Virus record (IMG/VR): IMGVR_UViG_2850949226_000002
Length of the DNA: 64,000 nt
DNA from: an uncultured virus (IMG/VR IMGVR_UViG_2850949226_000002)
Taxonomy: Duplodnaviria > Heunggongvirae > Uroviricota > Caudoviricetes
Strand: one strand, 5' to 3'
Positions 9,166 to 16,444 of this stretch are shown here, in pieces; the first letter of the stretch is position 1, and each line of letters begins with the position of its first letter. Made by a program: the position numbers and the translations under genes. The notes beneath the pieces are model-generated. The model saw nothing but the letters and a program-made list of their open reading frames with translations. It was not told the origin of the DNA and ran no database searches.

Positions 9166-10185
9166 GTGCCGACATTGACGTTAAACGGCCGTCCGGTCGA
9201 CGTCGACATACGATATGAGCTCGAACAGTTCGAATGGACGCGGCCGACCTGGACGGATGAGCGGCTCCTGGCCGCAAGTCCTTTCCGATATGACCGGACG
9301 CCGAGTTTTTACGTATATCTTGACGATACGACATCCGCAAAGGCCGGCTATTGGGGCGATAGCGGCTATTATGACGCAGAGTATGCACGGGGTGGCTTCG
9401 TTAAGCTGCTAGCGTTCTTGCGCGAAGAAACCGAAGAGGAGACGGTCGAATACCTCATCGATGCGTATGCGCCGGATTCAGATAACGGTAAATTAACGCT
9501 AAGGCTGCCGAAGCTGAAGATCGCAAAGAATCGCGAACCTCTAAGCGAATCGATTCTCGACGACGTGGTTGCGGGGCCTAACGATTATTTAAACAAGCGC
9601 GGAATCATGCCGGCGGTCCAGCGTCTAATGGGCGTCGGAATGGCAGGCGGTGCGGTTGCGTTGCCCTGGCGGCTCCCGAACGGCCGGCTCGCTAACGTAA
9701 AGTATCGGTCAACGCGGGGCAAAGCGTTCTGGTACGTAAAAGGCGGCTGGCCGATCCGGGATCTCGTTTACGGAATGAACGTCGTGTATGATCGGCGGCT
9801 GAGGCGCGTTGTCTTATGCGAGGCGGAGATCGATGCGCAGTCGTGGATGACAGCGGGCGTGCCGGCGATCGGAACCGGAGGATCTTCGTTCAACCAACGG
9901 AAGGCGGACATTATCGTCCAGTCTCCGATCGATCACGTAACCATCGTGACGGATAACGATAAGGCCGGCGAGAAGTTGCGGTCGGAGGTCGAGCGTTATT
10001 TATACGGGAAAGTCGGACTGGCACACGGATATATTACGGAAGGAAAGGATGCGAATGAATTATTGCTTGCGAAGGGGAGAGCGGAGTTGAAGGCGGTGTA
10101 TGAGCGTGCGGATGACGTTAAGAAGTGGCGGGTGAGTTTACAGTACGGGAATACCCGTACTAAAGGTCGGCGGAGGTTATATTAA
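9166..10185 (+). CDS. DNA primase (TOPRIM)
   Basis: CEAEIDA, DNDKAG and KDANE TOPRIM motifs. Confidence 0.9.
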   Translation: MPTLTLNGRPVDVDIRYELEQFEWTRPTWTDERLLAASPFRYDRTPSFYVYLDDTTSAKAGYWGDSGYYDAEYARGGFVKLLAFLREETEEETVEYLIDAYAPDSDNGKLTLRLPKLKIAKNREPLSESILDDVVAGPNDYLNKRGIMPAVQRLMGVGMAGGAVALPWRLPNGRLANVKYRSTRGKAFWYVKGGWPIRDLVYGMNVVYDRRLRRVVLCEAEIDAQSWMTAGVPAIGTGGSSFNQRKADIIVQSPIDHVTIVTDNDKAGEKLRSEVERYLYGKVGLAHGYITEGKDANELLLAKGRAELKAVYERADDVKKWRVSLQYGNTRTKGRRRLY

Positions 10186-10421
10186 CCCTCCGTGTTATTG
10201 CCGGATACCTCGGACCATTCGTAAAGATCTTCAGGAACACAACCAAGTACATGAGCGATATTATAAGCTCGCTCGATGCTTGGAATGTTGCGGAGGCTTA
10301 CGTAGTCCGTTATGTGCTGTTTTGTTAAACCGACTTTAGCTGCGAGTTGAGTCTGATCAATACCGCGTTTATGGCAAAGTTCGGGTATCCGGCATTTGCC
10401 GACCTTAAACGTAACAAACAC
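10182..10421 (-). CDS. XRE-family HTH regulator
   Basis: QTQLAAKVGLTKQHITDY...PSIERAYNIA...EDLY; start position uncertain. Confidence 0.8.
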   Translation of the reverse strand: MFVTFKVGKCRIPELCHKRGIDQTQLAAKVGLTKQHITDYVSLRNIPSIERAYNIAHVLGCVPEDLYEWSEVSGNNTEG

Positions 10422-10482
10422 CTCCCATCATTAAAGGTGTCCGTACTATTTTACACTAGACGATAATATCTCGCTAGGTTAG

Positions 10483-10680
10483 CTAGTCCCTTATGATCCT
10501 AACGACACATTCGATCGGAACGTCTAATTCCTTGCACAAAAACTCAATTGTCGAGAGACTTACAGCTTGTCCCTTATTTATACGAGCCTGCGTTTTAGAA
10601 TTTAGTCCTTTTTCACGGAAATGACTCAAAGCTATTTCTTTTTCATTAAGACATTTAAATAATGGAGAATAATCAATCAT
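10483..10680 (-). CDS. Cro/C1-type (HTH_26) regulator
   Basis: MIDYSPL...VSLSTIEFLCKELDVPIECVV; RBS GGAAGG favours ATG at 10680. Confidence 0.8.
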   Translation of the reverse strand: MIDYSPLFKCLNEKEIALSHFREKGLNSKTQARINKGQAVSLSTIEFLCKELDVPIECVVRIIRD

Positions 10681-10788
10681 AATTATCTTCCTTCCAAATT
10701 TTTTGAATAATAATGTGTACAAAAGTACACATATGTATTATACTTAGAAATATAAACGAGCGCAATTAAAAATAGAGGGGGTTTAAAT

Positions 10789-11967
10789 TTGGGCGCACTT
10801 CAGCAAGATGTTTTAAACTGTTTCGACGATTTGTTTTTGGATTTTGATTCAGCTGCAAGTAAATTAAATATTCATGTGAATCAGCTTTACAATTTCAAAA
10901 GAACTGGGAAAATCGGATTTCGAACATTATTAAAATTGTCACAATTTTTCTATAAAGCGAAGTATCATGAATTAATGCAAGAATGGTGTTTGAAACTAAC
11001 TACAACTGAGGCTATTAAACATGCTTTTGAGTATGCGGCAATAAAGCGTGATATTCCTTTGTTAGAAAAATTGCTGAAAGCGCATAGAATGGATTCCAAC
11101 CTAATCAATTATACACAATTTTATCAGGTAATATATAACTACATGTTAGGGGAATTCAGACCACAAGAGTTGAGGAATTATGTGAACACTTTAAAATGCG
11201 GAAAGGATAAAGAATTAAAGGTTTTGAAAGATATCTTTTCTTGCTACTGTCTTTATTTTGAAAATAAATATGCAACAATCGTTGAAAAAGCTTCCGATAT
11301 CGAAAAAGAGATATACGAATTAAGTGACGCAAGGAAAACGTTTTTTAAAGAGTGTTATCTTATCAGACTCTCCGAAGTATTTGCGCCTGCTTATTTATAT
11401 CTTAAAGATCTTTCAAAAGCGCGACGTCATGCAGAATTTCTTTTTTCTTCGAATTTAAGTGCGAAAACGAAATCTGACGGGTATTATTACATGGGTGTTT
11501 CTTTTATAGAGGAAGATAAGAAAGAGTGTCTTCGCTATATAAGGATGAGCGCTGATGAGGCAAAAAAGACAAACGATTTGAGGATTGCTGCGGAAGCAAA
11601 AAACACATTGAAGTTAGTCGAGGGATTTTATTCGTATAAAGAGAAAGGGGAGATTCCTCAAAATTTACCAACACCGAAAGACATGATACTAGGCGAAAAA
11701 AATCTATTTCTGCGGTACTTCCAATTGATCAAGGATGGGACCTTATCAGATCTGGCCTGCGCGTATAGTACATTCACACAAGAATTCAACTTCCTGTTTT
11801 CAAGCATCGTTGTGGGTGATATGATCGATGCCGGATTAGACCCTCTCGTCGCTGCCCCTATAAAGGACATCCAATTAAATTACAAGGGAGAGGAATACTT
11901 TGAAAAAGATTTTATTGGCAGTTTTATTTACAGCGGTGGTTCTGCTAGTGGGAAGTTCGTTAATTAA
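10789..11967 (+). CDS. aimR: Arbitrium receptor AimR (RRNPP family, HTH plus TPR)
   Basis: ~390 aa, N-terminal HTH, IKHAFEYAA motif, helical TPR-like body; overlaps a secreted pro-peptide gene. Confidence 0.85.
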   Translation: MGALQQDVLNCFDDLFLDFDSAASKLNIHVNQLYNFKRTGKIGFRTLLKLSQFFYKAKYHELMQEWCLKLTTTEAIKHAFEYAAIKRDIPLLEKLLKAHRMDSNLINYTQFYQVIYNYMLGEFRPQELRNYVNTLKCGKDKELKVLKDIFSCYCLYFENKYATIVEKASDIEKEIYELSDARKTFFKECYLIRLSEVFAPAYLYLKDLSKARRHAEFLFSSNLSAKTKSDGYYYMGVSFIEEDKKECLRYIRMSADEAKKTNDLRIAAEAKNTLKLVEGFYSYKEKGEIPQNLPTPKDMILGEKNLFLRYFQLIKDGTLSDLACAYSTFTQEFNFLFSSIVVGDMIDAGLDPLVAAPIKDIQLNYKGEEYFEKDFIGSFIYSGGSASGKFVN

Positions 11968-12022
11968 TAATGTGACAGAAGATAATACAACACAGTTAGC
12001 AGACCCAGTCCCAGGTGGTTGA
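11900..12022 (+). CDS. aimP: Arbitrium pro-peptide AimP (40 aa; predicted mature peptide DPVPGG; not in ORF track)
   Basis: TTG start after GGGAGAGG; MKKILLAVLFTAVVLLVGSSLINNVTEDNTTQLADPVPGG has a signal peptide and a C-terminal hexapeptide after LA. Confidence 0.88.
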   Translation: MKKILLAVLFTAVVLLVGSSLINNVTEDNTTQLADPVPGG

Positions 12023-12036
12023 TTTTTCTTTTTTAG

Positions 12037-12062
12037 CCCGTCATTCGACGGGATTTTCTTTT
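12037..12062 (+). terminator. Terminator after aimP
   Basis: cccgtc-attc-gacggg followed by a T-rich tract. Confidence 0.7.
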
Positions 12063-12076
12063 ATTTGCGAATATTC

Positions 12077-12112
12077 ATTACATTAAATTATTTTTCGGAA
12101 ACATAGTGTGAT
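12077..12112 (+). promoter_or_regulatory. Candidate AimR operator
   Basis: ATTACA-N24-TGTGAT imperfect inverted repeat, similar in shape to the SPbeta AimR box (6-bp arms, ~25-bp spacer), directly after the aimP terminator. Confidence 0.5.
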
Positions 12113-12185
12113 AGAGAAGAATTATCCAAATTACATGTTATTATTTCTTTACAGAAGAAAAACTTAGAAAAAAATTAAGAAATTA

Positions 12186-12215
12186 TGTGCGGCTTTAAAA
12201 TGTCGCGGGTATTAT
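12186..12215 (+). promoter_or_regulatory. 30-bp conserved site, copy 2
   Basis: 28/30 identical to 1171-1200. Confidence 0.75.
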
Positions 12216-12242
12216 TAAGTGAAAAAAGGAGGGTGAAAGTTT

Positions 12243-12857
12243 TTGAAAGAAAAACTGAATAGCCTGGTATTGAATTATCAAAAGACAAGAAGTAATAATT
12301 CCTTCACAGAGATTTATGACCTAACCATCACTCCGATGCGATCGACATTTGAAGAGGTGGCGCGATCGTTGAGGGCTAGCGTTCCGGAGGTGTTAGCATT
12401 ATACGAGGATGTCCTTATGAATTGTGTTGCTTCTTATTCCGGTGAACATGACTTCGAAAACTATTTTAAGTTCAGTCTAAAAAATAAACGAGCGAATCTT
12501 TATAGGAATAAAAAGAAAAGGCATCAGAATGAAGTGTTAGAGTGTGGGTTATCTTCGAATGGCGATGAAGGCGCGGCAACGCTGAGAGTCGTCGCAGAAG
12601 ATACACCAGAGAATTTATTTTTCAGAAAAAAAAGAGCCGATCAGCGGCAACTGATCGACAATTTGGTTGAAAAATCGGACGAAACAACAAAAGTAATTGT
12701 TGAGACGTTCCTAGCGTGTGAACGCCCAACGCCGACGGCAATCGGTAAGAAGTTAGGCGTCCATCACATGACAGTCATTCGCAAACTCGAAAAGCTGGCA
12801 GGCTACTTCGATACTCAACAGTTCGGTGATTACCGAGACTATTTGTTTGCGAAATAA
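12243..12857 (+). CDS. Sigma-factor-like transcriptional regulator
   Basis: Region-2-like FENYFKFSLKNKRANLYR and C-terminal HTH TAIGKKLGVHHMTVIRKL. Confidence 0.7.
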   Translation: MKEKLNSLVLNYQKTRSNNSFTEIYDLTITPMRSTFEEVARSLRASVPEVLALYEDVLMNCVASYSGEHDFENYFKFSLKNKRANLYRNKKKRHQNEVLECGLSSNGDEGAATLRVVAEDTPENLFFRKKRADQRQLIDNLVEKSDETTKVIVETFLACERPTPTAIGKKLGVHHMTVIRKLEKLAGYFDTQQFGDYRDYLFAK

Positions 12858-12895
12858 CTTAGCGTAACTAGCCCGGAAGGCATCGCTACACCCTC

Positions 12896-12924
12896 ATCAT
12901 ATACAATCTGTTGTCAAAAGACAA
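12896..12924 (-). promoter_or_regulatory. SigA-like antisense promoter facing the sigma-like gene
   Basis: Minus strand TTGTCT-N17-TATGAT. Confidence 0.45.
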
Positions 12925-12993
12925 GCGAACAGAATGCGAACACACCTTCCGATCTAGTGCGTTTTACCTAAATAATATGGAGGCGAACGTACT

Positions 12994-13146
12994 ATGAATA
13001 TCCCCAAATTTATCGATTCCAATACGTATCCAGCGCTAGATCAGCGCAAACTTACCGAAATTTTATATCAAGGCGCATGGCCGGTCGACGAAGATCCGGC
13101 GGACTACTACCGTCCACTTTCGATACAGGCGGTGCGGGTCGGATGA
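12994..13146 (+). CDS. Small hypothetical protein (50 aa, not in ORF track)
   Basis: RBS GGAGGCG; MNIPKFIDSNTYPALDQ...; ATGA overlap with next gene. Confidence 0.7.
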   Translation: MNIPKFIDSNTYPALDQRKLTEILYQGAWPVDEDPADYYRPLSIQAVRVG

Positions 13147-13667
13147 AAGTCACGCTATCCCACCACGCAAAGAAACGAATTACCAAGCGCTTTAAGATCG
13201 GCAACCAAACGCCGGAAGCATGGGCGTCGCAGATGTTATCTAATGCGATTTACTGCGGCATCGGTCCGGACAACAACGGAAAAGATGCTCGGATGTATTC
13301 CCATCGTGGAGCAACGTTCATGCTCGCGGTAGATGAAGACGTTGTTAAAACCGTGATCCCACCGAATAAAGGATGCATCAATCGTATTCGGCGTAAAGTG
13401 ACGAATTTCATTACGGAAGAAATTACGAAAATGTCGCAACAAATTACGGAAGAGGTGGCTAGGATCGATAAGTTTCGCGATGAACTCGAAGAAGAAATGG
13501 CACATTTAGAAGACCGTTTGTCTCGCGCCCGGTCATTGTCGACTAAATTGGCGTTGCAGGCCCGAATTAATGCGGTGCGTATGCGTATGGACGAATTACC
13601 GACGGAATCGCACGAATTAAGACGCGAACTGACGCGTACAGCGAGGGGAGTCGCCGCCTATGTCTAA
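13143..13667 (+). CDS. Hypothetical protein (SHHAKKR N-domain plus coiled coil)
   Basis: Start reassigned to coupled ATG 13143. Confidence 0.7.
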   Translation: MKVTLSHHAKKRITKRFKIGNQTPEAWASQMLSNAIYCGIGPDNNGKDARMYSHRGATFMLAVDEDVVKTVIPPNKGCINRIRRKVTNFITEEITKMSQQITEEVARIDKFRDELEEEMAHLEDRLSRARSLSTKLALQARINAVRMRMDELPTESHELRRELTRTARGVAAYV

Positions 13668-13755
13668 CGCATGGTTAATCGAAATTGTTGGCGTCATAAC
13701 TCTGCTTTGTATTTGTCGACTTATTTACGAAATTAATCGCGAAGAAGGCGAGTAA
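13660..13755 (+). CDS. Small membrane peptide (31 aa)
   Basis: RBS GAGGGGAG; MSNAWLIEIVGVITLLCICRLIYEINREEGE. Confidence 0.5.
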   Translation: MSNAWLIEIVGVITLLCICRLIYEINREEGE

Positions 13756-13914
13756 GGGCGGCGGATATGCGGCCCGGCGCTCGGAGAATGTCGGGGTGGC
13801 CGTTAAGTAACAGAGTCGCGTCGCTACGGCTTAGCGCTGGCGGCGTTTCGGACGCAGATACCGGCATTTTGCGAGGGCGAAAAGCCTCAAAATTAAAACG
13901 TAGGGGGAAATCGA

Positions 13915-14670
13915 ATGAGCATTAGAGACATTTTGAAAGAGCGCGAAGAAGAACGTGATAAGGCGGCTAACGGCGAAAGCGAATTCCCGGAGGGCGTTAC
14001 GCGTTATGTCCGCGTCGGAAGTCGCGGGGAGATCAACAAAGAAGGACGTACGTTGGTTATGCTTGCGCCGTACGATGAGTGGTACGTCTATTTCGTACAT
14101 GAAAACAGAGAATACACCGGAAAGGGCTACGATCATAAATTCCGAAAGCATACGTGCTTGCACTCCCCTCGTAGTACCGTCAGCGTTGACGAGTTAAAAA
14201 AATACTTCCAGCCAGGAAAAAATGAGTGCATTTCGTGCAAAGCGGGAGCAAAACGAAAAATGTTCTTTATGATACCGGTGTACGATCCGACATACAAAAC
14301 TTATCGCGTTATAGACATTGCGGAATTCCACGCAAACAGTTTAATGGATGATTTTGATAAAGCGGAGAAGCCGGTCAAGAAAATCAAGTCGGATTATACA
14401 CTCGTAGGTCAAGCGGTGCATTTTAAGCAGTCCGACAAGACTTATTCGTTAGAAACTGGAGATCTACCTGGCGATGTTCTTGAAGAAGCAAAAGCGTTTA
14501 TCGGCATCGACTACAAATACGAAGAACTCGCTAACTTCCGCGATGAAGAAGACATCGTTAAGATTCTTCACGAAGCGAAAGAGGGCGTCAAGAAAGCCGT
14601 TCTGCCACCATTAGCGGAATCTAATAACGAAAAATCTAACGAAATCAGTGACGATGATCTGCCGTTTTAA
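13915..14670 (+). CDS. Single-stranded DNA-binding protein (gp32-like, Zn-binding)
   Basis: His/Cys ligands (CxxC) and acidic C-terminal tail DDDLPF. Confidence 0.75.
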   Translation: MSIRDILKEREEERDKAANGESEFPEGVTRYVRVGSRGEINKEGRTLVMLAPYDEWYVYFVHENREYTGKGYDHKFRKHTCLHSPRSTVSVDELKKYFQPGKNECISCKAGAKRKMFFMIPVYDPTYKTYRVIDIAEFHANSLMDDFDKAEKPVKKIKSDYTLVGQAVHFKQSDKTYSLETGDLPGDVLEEAKAFIGIDYKYEELANFRDEEDIVKILHEAKEGVKKAVLPPLAESNNEKSNEISDDDLPF

Positions 14671-14693
14671 TAAAACGAGGGGGGGACGATTGA

Positions 14694-15125
14694 ATGGCGC
14701 ATCTCAAGGAAACTATCGGCAAATATTCCGAACTGATCGCCCGCGCAGCTTTAATGGCGAGCGGGTGGCAGGCGGTATCAAAAGCGGAGACGGAAGAATC
14801 CTTCGATATCAGCGCAAGAGATCCGGGCACTGGCGAATGGAAGACGTTTCAGGTTAAGACGATTCGTGATCGTCGGGAAGACCGCGGCTACTTAACGGTA
14901 GAAGGGCGCAAAGGAGACGGTCAGCCTTATACGACGGACGACGTCGACTTCTTCATCGGCGTGCTGATCGGTGAGGGCAAGTTCCCTCGCGTCTGGATGT
15001 TCGACAACCGCGGCATTACGGACTATTGGGGGCCTTCAGTAAAGGAAGGCAAGCGCTGGGTCGAAATGGATCTGAATTTCATGCGGGAAGATTTTGCGGA
15101 AAATAACGAAGCGGAGGCGGTTTGA
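14694..15125 (+). CDS. PD-(D/E)XK endonuclease (I-Ssp6803I-like), free-standing
   Basis: GKYSELIA...FDI...FQVKT...Y...DVDFF pattern. Confidence 0.7.
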   Translation: MAHLKETIGKYSELIARAALMASGWQAVSKAETEESFDISARDPGTGEWKTFQVKTIRDRREDRGYLTVEGRKGDGQPYTTDDVDFFIGVLIGEGKFPRVWMFDNRGITDYWGPSVKEGKRWVEMDLNFMREDFAENNEAEAV

Positions 15126-15165
15126 CCTTACCGGGTCGGACGGTCAATAAAAGGAGGACGATTCG

Positions 15166-16245
15166 ATGGCGAAATTAGACTGCGTTAAGACTCTCGATAT
15201 GGTGAACGGGGAAATTACGAAGGTTGCGTATGACGGTGCGGAGTATGAGCGCGTGGAAGGCCCCGCGCAAACGGGCGATTTAGTTTTACCCATTACAGAT
15301 GGATTTCGCGATGCAACTAAGGGTAGTTTTTACAAAGCTATTGATGTTGATCGTGATGGGGACGCTGTAATTCTCGATGATGTTGGCGATAGAGATGGTT
15401 CGTTTAGGCATAACTACGACCTATTCCGCAAAGTCTCCGCGTCCCATCCGTCACTAGAAGATCGCGTCAGCACAAACGAAAAGGATATCGAATCCCTAAA
15501 ATTCGACGTTGCTACGCTAAAAGGCGAAGCTGAACCGAAGTACATCCGGATTGCCAGAAGCGAAGCGCGCGCGGGCGATTACGTTAAGTTTATCGAGACT
15601 TACGATGACGATATTACAATGGAAAAGATGTACGAAATTGACCAGGTCGATTGGCTAGGAGATATCTATTTTACTGACGATGTCGGTGACGAAAACTATG
15701 CCTCAGCGGATGATACTTACGCAGTCTATCGCAAAGTAAGCGCCGCAAGCGCTGAGGCCGAGCCGAAGCCTGAGCGGTTGAAAGTCGGTGATTATGCGAA
15801 GGTGGTCCGTGAGGAATTCGGCCACCTGTTTGATACCGATGACATAATCGAGTTAATTGAGGCGGGAAACAACCCGAATTTTAAAGCGCGACGTCTCTCA
15901 GACGGAGAAGTTTGGTTCGTCGATGCGTCGGAACTCGTCCGCGCTACTGACGAAGAAGTTGCCGAAGCAAAACGAAAGCAGGCCAAAGAGGAAGAGCGTA
16001 AGAGGTGGGCCGCAATCGGACGCGAGGTTGGCGAGTACAAGGTCGGCGACGTCGTTGCGTATGATGCTCAGAGGTGGTTCAGGAATAGCGGAATTGGAGA
16101 AGTCATCGGCTTCGGAGCTACAGGAAATCCGGAAGTTGAGGCGATCGATTATGAAGGCCATAGAATGTCTTATTTTCTAAAATCTGAGCACCTGAATCTC
16201 GTAACGCCAGTCGAATCCCGTTTCGATCGAAAGGGCGACGAGTAA
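15166..16245 (+). CDS. Hypothetical protein with repeated SH3-like modules
   Basis: Four (A/K)xxGD-hydrophobic modules. Confidence 0.75.
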   Translation: MAKLDCVKTLDMVNGEITKVAYDGAEYERVEGPAQTGDLVLPITDGFRDATKGSFYKAIDVDRDGDAVILDDVGDRDGSFRHNYDLFRKVSASHPSLEDRVSTNEKDIESLKFDVATLKGEAEPKYIRIARSEARAGDYVKFIETYDDDITMEKMYEIDQVDWLGDIYFTDDVGDENYASADDTYAVYRKVSAASAEAEPKPERLKVGDYAKVVREEFGHLFDTDDIIELIEAGNNPNFKARRLSDGEVWFVDASELVRATDEEVAEAKRKQAKEEERKRWAAIGREVGEYKVGDVVAYDAQRWFRNSGIGEVIGFGATGNPEVEAIDYEGHRMSYFLKSEHLNLVTPVESRFDRKGDE

Positions 16246-16425
16246 GTGGACGCAAAACCTGCCGCCATCTGCGCCGAATGTAACCGGGTAATAAACGAAG
16301 GGCAGTCCGTAACCTACGATTCGCTCTTCGACCGGTACTTTTGTGACAACGCTTGCTGGTCGGATTGGTATGCGGATAACGAGGCGGAATACAAGCGGAA
16401 GTACGTAAGTCGCGAAGATTTATGA
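16246..16425 (+). CDS. Small zinc-finger protein (59 aa, not in ORF track)
   Basis: CAEC...YFCDNAC (TRASH/MYM-like); GTG directly after upstream stop. Confidence 0.7.
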   Translation: MDAKPAAICAECNRVINEGQSVTYDSLFDRYFCDNACWSDWYADNEAEYKRKYVSREDL

Positions 16426-16444
16426 CGTCGTAAGCGGAAGGAGG

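Noticed and set aside
12926..12950. LexA/DinR SOS box
   Set aside because: Only CGAAC half-sites; the best full match CGAACACACCTTCC breaks the conserved GTTC arm
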